From Alphaproteobacteria bacterium (GTDB lineage: Bacteria > Pseudomonadota > Alphaproteobacteria > RF32 > CAG-239), in assembly GCA_017961285.1 (NCBI GenBank), contig JAGCXO010000032.1:1-58249 (forward strand): a stretch of 58,249 nucleotides of DNA, given 5' to 3'. Below are positions 19,128-30,613 of the stretch, one piece after another. The first letter of the stretch is position 1. Each line of letters opens with the position of its first letter. A program made the translations under genes and the position numbers. The notes beneath the pieces are model-generated. The model saw nothing but the letters and a program-made list of their open reading frames with translations. It made no database searches and was not told the DNA's origin.

Positions 19128-20054
19128 ATGATGCAGAAACATATACCGGTTATGCTTAATGAAGTTATTTCAAGCTTGGCTCCGACATCGGGAAAGGTAT
19201 ATGTTGACGCAACTTTCGGTAACGGCGGATACAGCGAAGCGATTCTTAAAAAAGCAGATTGCAAAGTTGTTGCTATTGACAGAGATCCCAATGTTTGCGC
19301 AAGAGCCGATGAGTTTAAGAAAACTTATGGCAAGCGTTTTGATTTTTGCCGCGGGTGTTTTGCCGATATCGATTCTTTGGTAAATGAAAATGTTGACGGC
19401 ATTGTGTTTGATATCGGCGTTTCATCTATGCAACTTGATGAAGCAGACAGAGGGTTTTCTTATGCCAAAGAAGCAAAGCTTGATATGAGAATGTCTTGTC
19501 AGGGTGTTTCGGCTTTTGATTTAGTCAATAAGCTTTCGGAAAAAGAGCTGGCAGATTTGATTTATAACTACGGCGAAGAAAGAAAATCGAGGCAAATTGC
19601 TTCGAAAATTGTCGAAGCAAGAAAGACCAAACCCATTCAAACAACAACCGAGTTGGCTGATATCGTGCATCAGGTTTTGTATAAGAAAAACGGTGCTCCG
19701 GATCCGGCAACAAGGACTTTTCAAGCTTTGAGAATTGCTGTTAATGATGAGTTGGCGCAGTTGGAACAAGGTTTGAAAAACGGACTTAAAATTCTGCGTG
19801 AGGGCGGAAAAATGGTTGTTGTTACCTTTCATTCGCTTGAAGACAGAATTGTTAAAAACTTTTTTGCGCAAAATACAAGTAAAAAAATTCATGTTTCACG
19901 CTACGGCAATAATAAAAATGTTTCTAAATTCGCATTTGCAGAGTGTTCCAAAGCAATTGTTCCTTCGGCTGAAGAAATTGCTCAAAACTCACGCGCTCAT
20001 TCTGCAAAATTGCGCTATGCAACAAAATCTATGGAGGTAAATGATGATGAGTAA
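19128..20054 (+). CDS. rsmH: 16S rRNA m4C1402 methyltransferase
   Basis: HIPVML, DATFGNGG, DIGVSSMQLD, FQALRIAVNDEL, FHSLEDRIVK. Confidence 0.97.
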   Translation: MMQKHIPVMLNEVISSLAPTSGKVYVDATFGNGGYSEAILKKADCKVVAIDRDPNVCARADEFKKTYGKRFDFCRGCFADIDSLVNENVDGIVFDIGVSSMQLDEADRGFSYAKEAKLDMRMSCQGVSAFDLVNKLSEKELADLIYNYGEERKSRQIASKIVEARKTKPIQTTTELADIVHQVLYKKNGAPDPATRTFQALRIAVNDELAQLEQGLKNGLKILREGGKMVVVTFHSLEDRIVKNFFAQNTSKKIHVSRYGNNKNVSKFAFAECSKAIVPSAEEIAQNSRAHSAKLRYATKSMEVNDDE

Positions 20055-20433
20055 TACAAAACCGGCTGTTATTTGTTTGTGGTTTACGCTCACTATATTG
20101 GTGGCTTTCGGAACTTTTGTTATGAAGAATTATGTTGCAGATTTGGAAAAAGAATTGGCACAAATTAACAGAAAAATCAATGATGATGTCAGATCTATTC
20201 ATATTCTAAAAGCAGAGTGGAGCCATCTGAACAATCCGGAAAGATTGCGCAGTTTGGCCACAAAACATATATCACTTGAGCCGGTTAAGCCGGAGCAAAT
20301 TATCAGTTATGCTTCTTTGCCTTTTGATTATGAATCAGATGATGTTACGCGTAAGATGATTGCCAGACAAAATATTACAAATACGGCTGAAAAAAACAAA
20401 GAATTGCGCCAATTAGCAAAGGTTCAGAGATAG
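20041..20433 (+). CDS. ftsL: Cell division protein FtsL
   Basis: TM plus coiled coil, ILKAEWSHLNNPERL; lies between rsmH and ftsI. Confidence 0.85.
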   Translation: MMMSNTKPAVICLWFTLTILVAFGTFVMKNYVADLEKELAQINRKINDDVRSIHILKAEWSHLNNPERLRSLATKHISLEPVKPEQIISYASLPFDYESDDVTRKMIARQNITNTAEKNKELRQLAKVQR

Positions 20434-20442
20434 GATAGGTCA

Positions 20443-22176
20443 ATGTTTTGGCGGAAGAGTGAAAAAAATAAATTTTATATTTTAGGAGAGGAGATTAAGG
20501 TTAATCGCTCTTTTTCCAGTTATAATATTGAAAAAGATCCTATATTGAGATGCCGCGCACGAATCGCCCTCCCGATATTGGCTGTGGCTATTGCATATTT
20601 GATTATTGCAACAAAAACTTTTATGGTTTGTTGGCAGGGATATACCCCTCAAAAAGAGACTGTGGATGAAGATGATTTGCCGCAGGTGCAGATTAATAAT
20701 CCGATATCTCGTGCAGATATTTTGGACCGCAATGGTGCTATTTTGGCCACATCTTTGCCTACTGTTAATTTGTATGCCAATCCCGACAAGATTAAAAATA
20801 AGGTAGAAGCAGCGACAAAACTGAGCGAACTTATTCCCGATATGCTGTATGAAGATATTTTAGCAAAATTGAGCTTAAAGAAAAACTTTGTTTATGTTAA
20901 ACGCAATCTTTCTTTGGCGCAAAAATATCAAATTTATGCTTTAGGAATTGAGGGGTTGGGCTTTGAGGATATGGAAAAAAGAGTTTATCCTCATAAGAAT
21001 TTGTTTGCTCATATTTTGGGAAAAACAAATGTTGACAATATCGGTATTGCAGGTCTGGAAAAAGAGCTGAACGAAAGATTGACCACTTCCGATTTGCCGT
21101 TACGTTTGAGTATTGATGCAGGTGTGCAAGATACAATCAGAGAAAAATTGAGTGCTGCTGTTGCGAAGTTTAATGCAATCGGTGCTTCGGCTATTTTGAT
21201 TGATGTAAATACAGGTGAAGTGTTGGCTATGTTGTCTTTGCCGGATTTTGATCCTAACTCAAATTCCGTGCCGGATGAAAGAGCTTTATTCAACTTTACC
21301 ACCAAGGGACTGTATGAACCGGGATCGGTATTGAAGATTTTTAATGCTGCAATGGGCTTGGAGAGCGGGAAAATTAAACTTACAGATAAATTTGATGCCA
21401 CGAAACCTCTGAAATTGAGATATAATACAATTAAGGATTATCGCGGAGAGAATCGTTGGCTGGATTTGCAAGAGATTTTGATCTATTCTTCTAATATCGG
21501 CTCGGCACAGATTGCTTTGAAGGTCGGGAAAAATACTCAACGCAACTTTTTGAAGAGCCTCGGTTTGTTTGATACTGTCGAGGGATTTGAAGTTACCGAA
21601 AAAGCTCACCCGAGTTTGCCTAAAAGGTGGGGAGAAGAAACTACGGCTACGGTTGCTTATGGCTATGGAATTTCGGTTACACCTTTACATTTGATTTCGG
21701 CATTTTCAGCTGTGGTAAACGGCGGAATCTATCACACTCCGACATTGTTGAAAAGGGACACTCCTCAGGAAGGGCGTAAAGTTATGTCATTAAACACTTC
21801 TAAAAAAATGCGCCAACTTTTGAGAGGTGTTGTGGTTAAGGGGTCGGGCAAGAGAGCAAATGTTGCGGGATATGAGGTTGCCGGAAAAACCGGAACGGCA
21901 CAAAAACTCGTGAACGGCAGATATATTGATAAAAAGGTTATGACCTCATTTATGGCGACTTTTCCGGTCTCTAATCCAAAATATGCTTTGTTCTTGATGA
22001 TGGATGAACCAAAGGCCAGCAAAGAAACTTTTGGCTTTGCTACCTCGGGATGGAATACAGTGCCTACTGCCGGCGAAATTATTACGGCAATTGCACCGCA
22101 ACTCAATGTGCAAGCTAATTATGATATAAATGATAAACGAGAAAAATTAATTGAGGCCTCGTATTATCGCGATTAG
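20443..22176 (+). CDS. ftsI: Penicillin-binding protein 3
   Basis: RADILDRNG, YEPGSVLK (SxxK), SSN, GKTGTA. Confidence 0.93.
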   Translation: MFWRKSEKNKFYILGEEIKVNRSFSSYNIEKDPILRCRARIALPILAVAIAYLIIATKTFMVCWQGYTPQKETVDEDDLPQVQINNPISRADILDRNGAILATSLPTVNLYANPDKIKNKVEAATKLSELIPDMLYEDILAKLSLKKNFVYVKRNLSLAQKYQIYALGIEGLGFEDMEKRVYPHKNLFAHILGKTNVDNIGIAGLEKELNERLTTSDLPLRLSIDAGVQDTIREKLSAAVAKFNAIGASAILIDVNTGEVLAMLSLPDFDPNSNSVPDERALFNFTTKGLYEPGSVLKIFNAAMGLESGKIKLTDKFDATKPLKLRYNTIKDYRGENRWLDLQEILIYSSNIGSAQIALKVGKNTQRNFLKSLGLFDTVEGFEVTEKAHPSLPKRWGEETTATVAYGYGISVTPLHLISAFSAVVNGGIYHTPTLLKRDTPQEGRKVMSLNTSKKMRQLLRGVVVKGSGKRANVAGYEVAGKTGTAQKLVNGRYIDKKVMTSFMATFPVSNPKYALFLMMDEPKASKETFGFATSGWNTVPTAGEIITAIAPQLNVQANYDINDKREKLIEASYYRD

Positions 22177-22179
22177 CAT

Positions 22180-22869
22180 CTATTGGCACAATTCACTTTC
22201 TTTGAGATAGTTATCACGCCTATCCAGTTTTTCCTGTTCTATTTGCAGGGTTATTTGAAAACGATTGATTATCGGACGGATTGTTTCGGCATATTTCATA
22301 TTTAGCTTTTCGACTACTTCTGATGATTTTTGATCCTCTTCAATCGGCATAGCTTTTAGAACAGACAGGGCTTTCTCCATTTTTGATTTTATGGTCGGCA
22401 AATAGTATTCTAGAACGGCAATATTTATTTGTTGGTGTTGTTGCTCGTGGCGCAGAGCAACTTTGTAGGTGCAGGTATTCGGAGAAAGTTCTTTGTTGAT
22501 ATAGATAACCGGACTGATATAACCTACAAATACGTCAATCGAGGTTGGAATTACGCATTTTATATCATCAATTATTTTGGTAATGCTGTTAAGTGAAAAA
22601 GACCAGTCCATGTCGCACAAAGAAAGACCTGACATATACATATCGGTATTGTGCGGAAGATGTTGCTTTCGGCTCATTATTTGCAGCTGTTTATCGCTGT
22701 GAGAAAAATCATAACGCAGTTTTCCGAATGAACTGCTGAGATTTAGTTTTGGTGTTTTGGTATATTGGGCACAAGGATTATATGAAGAATCGGCAGAAGT
22801 TTTTTGTGCAAAAGCCGTGTTCGAAAATGCAAAAATGCAAGATGTTAATATAAAAGCAAGATTTTTCAT
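22180..22869 (-). CDS. Secreted protein with HExxH motif (DUF922-like putative Zn peptidase)
   Basis: Signal peptide; ALRHEQQHQQI. Confidence 0.5.
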   Translation of the reverse strand: MKNLAFILTSCIFAFSNTAFAQKTSADSSYNPCAQYTKTPKLNLSSSFGKLRYDFSHSDKQLQIMSRKQHLPHNTDMYMSGLSLCDMDWSFSLNSITKIIDDIKCVIPTSIDVFVGYISPVIYINKELSPNTCTYKVALRHEQQHQQINIAVLEYYLPTIKSKMEKALSVLKAMPIEEDQKSSEVVEKLNMKYAETIRPIINRFQITLQIEQEKLDRRDNYLKESELCQ

Positions 22870-22915
22870 GTATAATATGTTACCATAGATTTATTAAAAT
22901 TGCGTTTAGGTAGAT

Positions 22916-23416
22916 ATGAAAAAAATTGCTTTTTTTACAGTGCTCATCGGGTGTTTTGCCATAAGTATGCTGGCGGCGCAGGCTGGTGGCACTTATGTAC
23001 GAAAAAAAATTAAACCCAGTTTTTTTATGCCGGAAGAAAAGACGGCAAAAGGAGAAATTTTACCTGCTTTTCCGGCATTGGAAAAGGGGATTTTGAAAGT
23101 TAGTGATGACGGGGTTATTTTGGTGAAAAAAAACATAACAAATTATGTTCCATCGGCAAAAGAAAAAGAATTGCCGATGCCGCTAAAAGCCCGGAAACAA
23201 AATTCTTATGAAGAAAACGAGGATGTTGCAACAACTTATACTCCGGATGAGGGGCTTGGCGATGATTTTAGCAAAAGCGAAAGATATCTCGCGATGCAAA
23301 AGGCTTATAACTATGATTTGCAGGTTATCGCCCAAACAGGACAAGCTCCGCAAAATGAGCAGCTGACTAAAGATTTGCAAAAGATGAGCAGTGAAAAGCG
23401 GTTTGAAGTGAAGTAA
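22916..23416 (+). CDS. Secreted hypothetical protein
   Basis: Signal-peptide-like N-terminus; no family recognised. Confidence 0.6.
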   Translation: MKKIAFFTVLIGCFAISMLAAQAGGTYVRKKIKPSFFMPEEKTAKGEILPAFPALEKGILKVSDDGVILVKKNITNYVPSAKEKELPMPLKARKQNSYEENEDVATTYTPDEGLGDDFSKSERYLAMQKAYNYDLQVIAQTGQAPQNEQLTKDLQKMSSEKRFEVK

Positions 23417-23442
23417 TCAGCGAAAGTTTTCTCAATTTATTA

Positions 23443-23472
23443 AAAAAAGGAGAGTAGTGACTCTCCTTTTTT
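23443..23472. terminator. Bidirectional intrinsic terminator
   Basis: AAAAAAGGAGAGT-agtg-ACTCTCCTTTTTT. Confidence 0.85.
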
Positions 23473-23493
23473 GTATTTAAATTTCAAAATTTA

Positions 23494-24546
<1,053 letters not shown>

Positions 24547-24597
24547 CTAAATTAAAAAATTTAGCTAATTTTTATAACAGTTAACGTTTTTTTGCAA

Positions 24598-25551
24598 TCA
24601 TTTATATTGTTTTTTCACACAATTTATAAAAGCCTGTTGACCCTCGTAACATTCTCGCAGAATTATGTCGGCCTTAAATTTGTTTCTAAACCAAGTCAGT
24701 TGCCTTTTGGCATATTGTTTTGTGTGCAAAACTGCCTGTTCAAAAGCTTGGTCCATTGATGTTTTTCCTTTTAGAAATTCGGCAAGTTCGGGAACACCTT
24801 TGGCTGACATTGCAGGCAAGGAAGAAGGCAGATTGCGAGACAGAAGATATTTTACCTCCTCAATGGCGCCATCTGAAAGCATTTTCTTAAAACGAATCTG
24901 ACAACGATCATCCAAAATGTTTTTCGGGGGCAAAATTGCAATATTGAAAAAAGTTGCTTCAGGAAGCTTTTTTACCATGGGTTGCTGATACCAAAAAGAA
25001 ATGGTTTTGCCGGTGGAAAGCCATATTTCATAGGCGCGCATTACACGGGTTTTGTCATTTTTATTCAGCATTGTTGCAGATGCCTCATCTATGGTGCAGA
25101 GTTTTTTATAGATGTGCTCCAAACCATAATCTTTCAACTCATTTGCGGCCTGTTTTCTTATTTCTTGCGGAGTTTCGGGAATTGGGGTAACTCCGTTAAT
25201 GAGGTTATCAATATACATACCGGTTCCGCCTACAAAAACCGGTGTTTGGCCTGATTGCCAAATTTTATGCACGCAATCTACCGCCAAATTCAGCCACGAG
25301 CAGACGTTGCCTTTTGTGGACTCGTCAAGATAGCCGTATAGTCGGTGCTCAACGATTTTTTGGTCTTCTGCACCAGGGGCGGCGGATATAACCGGGATAT
25401 GTTGATACACTTGGGAAGCATCGGCGTTGACGATAACGCCGTTATAAAGTTTTGCCAAATCTATGGCTAAAGCAGATTTTCCTGATGCTGTCGGCCCACC
25501 GATAACGATTATATTTTGCGACAACTTGCTTCCTCTACCAATATTTGACAT
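24598..25551 (-). CDS. miaA: tRNA dimethylallyltransferase
   Basis: GPTASGKS, NADASQVY, VGGTGMY, TKQYAKRQLTWFR; true start may be TTG at 25524. Confidence 0.95.
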   Translation of the reverse strand: MSNIGRGSKLSQNIIVIGGPTASGKSALAIDLAKLYNGVIVNADASQVYQHIPVISAAPGAEDQKIVEHRLYGYLDESTKGNVCSWLNLAVDCVHKIWQSGQTPVFVGGTGMYIDNLINGVTPIPETPQEIRKQAANELKDYGLEHIYKKLCTIDEASATMLNKNDKTRVMRAYEIWLSTGKTISFWYQQPMVKKLPEATFFNIAILPPKNILDDRCQIRFKKMLSDGAIEEVKYLLSRNLPSSLPAMSAKGVPELAEFLKGKTSMDQAFEQAVLHTKQYAKRQLTWFRNKFKADIILRECYEGQQAFINCVKKQYK

Positions 25552-26417
25552 AGTTTTTCATAACTGCCGCCGGTATGGATATATTGTTCAGGAACCAGTG
25601 AAAGCGGTGTCATACCCGGGGCTGTGTTTATTTCAAGAAAGACAATTCCGTCTTTTTCGTTATAGCGAAAATCGCTGCGGGAAACAGTTTTGCAACCAAG
25701 TTCTTTATGGATTTTTTCGGCATCACGAAGGGCTTGGTTGAAAATCGGCTCCGGAATTTCTGCCGGAATAATATGGGTTGTTGCACCATCAGTATATTTA
25801 GCGTGATAATCATAAAAACCTTTTTGAGGGCGCATTTCGGTTACTGTCAAGGCTTTTCCCTGCAATACGGAAACTGTCAACTCTTGTCCTTCTATATATT
25901 TTTCTACTAAAATCTCTGTGTTTATATCAGAAAAGTCAATATTTTCGAGATCTTGGGCAGAATGAATGATATAAACACCTACACTTGAACCATCGCTGAC
26001 AGGCTTTATAACATAGGGATAGTCCACATTTGTGCCGTGCTGACAAAACTCGGCAAAAGTCATTTTTTCACCGGCTGGAACTGAAATGCCGATGGATTGG
26101 CACAATAACTTGGTCATATGCTTGTCCATGCCTATTGCCGAGGCTTTGAGACCGGAATGGGTATATGGAATTTGCATCATATCTAGAAGGCCCTGAATTT
26201 CGCCGTCTTCCCCCCAGTTGCCGTGCAGAGCATTGAAAACAACATCAGGCTTTTCTTTGGTTATGGTTTCAATCAGTTGTATAGAATCGGTCAATTGATG
26301 TGGAACAACGTTATAGCCGACTTTTTTTAAGGCGGCTTCAATCCCTTTGCCGCTGGTAATACTGACCTCTTTTTCTGCGGAAAAACCGCCCATTACTACT
26401 AAAACTTTTTTTGACAT
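25509..26417 (-). CDS. ddl: D-alanine--D-alanine ligase
   Basis: GGFSAEKEVS, LHGNWGEDG, FYDYHAKY, LEINTAPGMT. Confidence 0.97.
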   Translation of the reverse strand: MSKKVLVVMGGFSAEKEVSITSGKGIEAALKKVGYNVVPHQLTDSIQLIETITKEKPDVVFNALHGNWGEDGEIQGLLDMMQIPYTHSGLKASAIGMDKHMTKLLCQSIGISVPAGEKMTFAEFCQHGTNVDYPYVIKPVSDGSSVGVYIIHSAQDLENIDFSDINTEILVEKYIEGQELTVSVLQGKALTVTEMRPQKGFYDYHAKYTDGATTHIIPAEIPEPIFNQALRDAEKIHKELGCKTVSRSDFRYNEKDGIVFLEINTAPGMTPLSLVPEQYIHTGGSYEKLCQILVEEASCRKI

Positions 26418-26478
26418 TTTGCAAAATTCCTTATAAAAAACTGTTATTGTGTTTTAGACTAACAGATTTTTTTTAATA

Positions 26479-27273
26479 ATGAAAGATATTTTAATTAAAA
26501 AAGTTTTATTGACCTTGTTACTTGTTGTTCTGCAAACTGCAGAGCCTTGCGCTATGGAAGTAAAACATTATTTTGATGCAGTCGTCGGAATTTTTAATGC
26601 CGCTGAGGCCGATTTTACTTATGAAATCGATACATCAAGGTATGCTACAAAAACTAACATATATACAAGAGGGTTATTCGATGCGCTATATCCTTTTGCC
26701 GCAAAATATGCAACATCAGGGAAATTTATAAATAATCATATGCAGACTGAAAATTACAGCTATGAGTCGCAATCGCGTTTTAATAATAGAACAAAAAAGG
26801 TTATTTATGACAGCTGCGGTATTCCGTTGAAATCTGTATCAACCAAAAACGGAAAAGAAAAAATTAAAAATATAAAAATAAGAACTGATGTTACTGACAC
26901 AACTGATTTGCAAAGTGTAATGGCTGACGTTATAAATCAATATACAAAGAAACAAACTTGTTCTGCGGTAAAAAAAGTTTTTGACGGGAAACGACGGTAT
27001 AATGTGATTTTTGAAGATTTAGGAAAAGAAGAAGTTATAAAAAGCGATTATTCGCCATATTTCGGAGAGGCTATTAAGTGTTCAATGTATATTGATAAAC
27101 TGAAAGAGCATGGAAATGATATGTTGTGGAAAATGGCCTCAGACAGTCCGGTATATTTATGGATTATGAGAGATAAAGAAACAAATTTCCCTTTTATTGT
27201 GAAAATTATGGTTGAGGATACACCTTTGGGTGAATTAAATGTTTACACTACAAGAATTGAGGTGAAAAAATGA
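26479..27273 (+). CDS. DUF3108-like exported protein
   Basis: Signal peptide; beta-rich; FDGKRRYNV motif. Confidence 0.6.
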   Translation: MKDILIKKVLLTLLLVVLQTAEPCAMEVKHYFDAVVGIFNAAEADFTYEIDTSRYATKTNIYTRGLFDALYPFAAKYATSGKFINNHMQTENYSYESQSRFNNRTKKVIYDSCGIPLKSVSTKNGKEKIKNIKIRTDVTDTTDLQSVMADVINQYTKKQTCSAVKKVFDGKRRYNVIFEDLGKEEVIKSDYSPYFGEAIKCSMYIDKLKEHGNDMLWKMASDSPVYLWIMRDKETNFPFIVKIMVEDTPLGELNVYTTRIEVKK

Positions 27274-28664
27274 TAAAGTCAGAATTGTTATTGCCGGCAG
27301 GCTCTTTGATAAAACTTAAGACCGCCATATTATACGGTGCAGATGCGGTTTATGCCGGAACTCCGGATATGAGCCTCAGGACACAATCAAAATTTTCGAT
27401 GGAAGACATCAAAGAAGGTATTGAGTTTGTGCACTCAAAGGGGAAAAAAATTTATTTGACGCTCAATCTTTATACTCACAATAAAGATATTGCAAAGTTG
27501 CCTCATTTTGTGGATACTTTGCGCGAACTAAAACCGGATGGTGTTTTGATTGCGGATCCGGGAGTATTTTTATATTTGAAAGAAAATGCACCGGAATTGA
27601 AGCGTTTTGTTTCTACGCAGGCGAACATTTGCTCTTATCAAACCGTGAAATTTTGGCAGGATTTGGGCGCTGATTTGTGCGTTTTGGGGCGCGAGGTGTC
27701 TTATGAAGAAATGGCTGAAATAAGAAAAAAATGTCCGGATATAAAATTGGAGACTTTTATTCATGGTGCTATGTGTATGTCTTATTCAGGCAGATGTTTG
27801 ATTTCTAATTTTTTGGCAGATCGCAGCGCTAATCAAGGTAAATGCGCACATTGCTGTCGTTGGCATTATAAACTTCATCTAAAACTGAAAGACGGCACGG
27901 TTAAAGATATTGAAATAAACGAAAACAATAAAGATATGTTTGAATATCTGGTAAAAGAAGAATTTCGTCCCGATGAGCTGTATGAAATTGTGGAAGACGA
28001 GCATGGCTCATACATTATGAACTCTAAGGATATGTGCATGATGCCGAGGCTAGACAAGATTTTGGATTTGGGACTGCATTCTTTGAAAATTGAGGGGCGC
28101 AACAAAACCGAATATTATGCGGCAATTACGGCAAGAGCTTATCGTCAAGCGATTGATGATTATTATACAAATCCAAAAAAGTGGGATAGTGCAAAGTATA
28201 TGCCAGAGCTTTATACCTTGCAAAACCGCGGTTATTGTTTGGGATTTTATGATGGGCATTTGACCAATATAAGTCAAAATTATGAATACACCAGAACACT
28301 CGGAGATTGGCTGTTTGCCGGCTCTATTGTTGAGTGGAACGGAGATGATGCAATTTTTGAAATTCGCAATTTTATAAATTCAGACGAAGAATTTGAGTTT
28401 TTGGTTCCGAACAGTTTGGATGTGATAAAGCTTAAATTAGCAGAGTTTGAAGATGCCGAAAGCGGGGAGATAACGCCAAGAGTTTCAGCCGGACAGGAGA
28501 AAAAAATCCGCATTCGTCCGCAGGCATGGAATATGCCACTTGAAGAAATCAAAAAGCTTTTACCGCAATATACGGTGGCACGCAAATTTATGCCTTTGAG
28601 CGGAGAAAATGCCGAAATGCTCCAACATAAAAAAGAAGAATTTGATTTGTTGTGCAAAGAATAA
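27270..28664 (+). CDS. U32-family protein (TrhP/YegQ-like tRNA hydroxylation)
   Basis: ELLLPAG, GADAVYAG, HGAMCMSYSGRCLIS..NQGKCAHCCRW, SLKIEGR. Confidence 0.9.
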   Translation: MIKSELLLPAGSLIKLKTAILYGADAVYAGTPDMSLRTQSKFSMEDIKEGIEFVHSKGKKIYLTLNLYTHNKDIAKLPHFVDTLRELKPDGVLIADPGVFLYLKENAPELKRFVSTQANICSYQTVKFWQDLGADLCVLGREVSYEEMAEIRKKCPDIKLETFIHGAMCMSYSGRCLISNFLADRSANQGKCAHCCRWHYKLHLKLKDGTVKDIEINENNKDMFEYLVKEEFRPDELYEIVEDEHGSYIMNSKDMCMMPRLDKILDLGLHSLKIEGRNKTEYYAAITARAYRQAIDDYYTNPKKWDSAKYMPELYTLQNRGYCLGFYDGHLTNISQNYEYTRTLGDWLFAGSIVEWNGDDAIFEIRNFINSDEEFEFLVPNSLDVIKLKLAEFEDAESGEITPRVSAGQEKKIRIRPQAWNMPLEEIKKLLPQYTVARKFMPLSGENAEMLQHKKEEFDLLCKE

Positions 28665-29723
28665 TCAAGCTTGTTTTTGGTGCTGTGCCATCCAAAGAGC
28701 TACAACGCTGTTGTTTTCTGCAGATTCTTGCTGTTTGTGCTCTTGGTAGGAACATAGCTTGTCTTGTGAAGAGTTTTCGATATTAAGTTTTGCACGTTCC
28801 TCACGCAGGTAGGCAATACGCTCTTGAATTGTTCTATCCGACTGAGTTTTTTCTTCCTGATTGAGAGAAAGATATAATCCGGTCTCCATGCGCTCTTCTT
28901 TGATGAGATTACCATCGTAATCAAATTCTTGCTGTCTGATTTTAGTATAGTCGTATTTTTTATCAAGCTTAATATCTGTGCCGGAACGAGTTGCAACTTT
29001 TCCGTCAGAAGTAATTTTTTTGATTTGAGCATTATCATAATATTCTACATTAAAATTTTTGTCTTTATAACTTTTAATATTACCATTTTCATAATATGTT
29101 GCATGATAAGAGTATATATTATCTTCTTTATTCGGATAGAATTGTTCTTTTTCTTTGATATTTCCATTGGGGTAATAACTGATCTTTTGCATTACTTTAC
29201 CAGTTTTATTACGGCGAATGGTAATTGTTTTGTTGCCATTATTATCATAAAAAGTTTCGCGATAATAATCGTTATTTTGAAAATCATTTGTCTTTTCGTC
29301 TTCTCTTAACTTACGTCTATGGTATATGCAGACACCTTTTTCATTATACTGAAGATACTCACCTTTATTATTGGAGGTTTCTTTTATTTTCCCGTTAGGA
29401 TAATATTTTACTATTCTGGAAACATCTCCATCTTTATCTCTAAATATCTCTTCACTGGGGGTTGTGCCATTTTCATAGAAATATCTTTCAAGATAAATAT
29501 CTTCCGCTCTTTCAGGGTTGGAATATGAGCCTTTCAAGTATCTGTATCCGATATTTCTAGGATTGCTTTTTTCAATATAAAAATCGGCAACTACATTACC
29601 TTTATCATCAAGGTCTGAAATGCACTTTATATTACCTTCTCTATCGTAATATTCTGTTCTGTGGCCGTTTATATCATTAAATCGATATTGTCGCCATTCC
29701 TTTTTTTTCTCATCATCGGTCAT
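28665..29723 (-). CDS. MORN-variant/YwqK-like repeat protein
   Basis: Repeated YYPNGKIK / YYENGNIK / FYDNNGNK units; no signal peptide; coiled C-terminal tail. Confidence 0.7.
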   Translation of the reverse strand: MTDDEKKKEWRQYRFNDINGHRTEYYDREGNIKCISDLDDKGNVVADFYIEKSNPRNIGYRYLKGSYSNPERAEDIYLERYFYENGTTPSEEIFRDKDGDVSRIVKYYPNGKIKETSNNKGEYLQYNEKGVCIYHRRKLREDEKTNDFQNNDYYRETFYDNNGNKTITIRRNKTGKVMQKISYYPNGNIKEKEQFYPNKEDNIYSYHATYYENGNIKSYKDKNFNVEYYDNAQIKKITSDGKVATRSGTDIKLDKKYDYTKIRQQEFDYDGNLIKEERMETGLYLSLNQEEKTQSDRTIQERIAYLREERAKLNIENSSQDKLCSYQEHKQQESAENNSVVALWMAQHQKQA

Positions 29724-29826
29724 GATTTTTCTCCCGCAGTCCTATGCATCCGTTTTTTTATGTTAACACATTTTAAGTTGTTTGCCAATAGGGGAGAGGC
29801 AAATTTAATTTTTTTGTAACATTAAG

Positions 29827-30114
29827 CTAAACTCTGTGGAAAGTGCCTTCTTCTATCGGGGGAAGAAAGCCGCTGCGGCGTCCGACAATGAACTCAACGC
29901 TGTCGACACGAGAAAAAATCGGTCCTTTGCGGCAAGAGATGAGCATTTGGTCGATTTGTTCTTCTTCTCCGCTCATCAAAATCTCTACGCTGCCGTCAAC
30001 TTCGTTGCGAACCCAACCGGATATACCGCCAATGCGCTCAGCCTCACGCACAGCAAAGCGTCTGAACCCAATGCCTTGTACTCTGCCCTTTATTTTGATA
30101 TAAACTTCTTTCAT
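29827..30114 (-). CDS. acyP: Acylphosphatase
   Basis: GRVQGIGFR, GWVRNEVDGSVE. Confidence 0.93.
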   Translation of the reverse strand: MKEVYIKIKGRVQGIGFRRFAVREAERIGGISGWVRNEVDGSVEILMSGEEEQIDQMLISCRKGPIFSRVDSVEFIVGRRSGFLPPIEEGTFHRV

Positions 30115-30611
30115 TGTTTTAGAAACTTTTCAATATCTTTGAGCTCGTTTAACAAATTTTTTCGGCGATCTTCAGCAAATTTGTCTTTGCCCCAATGCTC
30201 ACTTTGAACAAGTTCTTCCAAAGCAGAGGCTTCAAAAGCCTGTTTGGCATTTATTTTCCCTTTTACCAAAGCAGCAGCCAAAATACCGGAACGCATATTG
30301 AGTGTGGCAAGATAAAAAGCTGCCAACTCTTTGTCGCTCATTTTTTCAACAAATTTTTGAAAATTTTCCATAGTATTCGCTTTTTGTAAAGGAACATCCA
30401 ACTTGGAGGTTGTAACATATTGAGCATGCAAAGTTTCACCCATCCATTGCATTATCGGTCCCCAAACTTCTTGTTGTCTTTTGGCAACCTTGTCGTCCGA
30501 ATCCCAAAAAAGGAGTGAATCTGTTTTGGAAAATTGTAATAATCTGGCAATGATGTCGGAGCGATTTTCTTTTATCTCGCTGACTGCTTGTTGTAATTTT
30601 GTAACTATCAT
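30111..30611 (-). CDS. ATP12-family chaperone (N-terminally short)
   Basis: TDSLLF..QQEVWGPIMQW..LEELVQSEHWGKD. Confidence 0.75.
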   Translation of the reverse strand: MIVTKLQQAVSEIKENRSDIIARLLQFSKTDSLLFWDSDDKVAKRQQEVWGPIMQWMGETLHAQYVTTSKLDVPLQKANTMENFQKFVEKMSDKELAAFYLATLNMRSGILAAALVKGKINAKQAFEASALEELVQSEHWGKDKFAEDRRKNLLNELKDIEKFLKQ

Positions 30612-30613
30612 TA

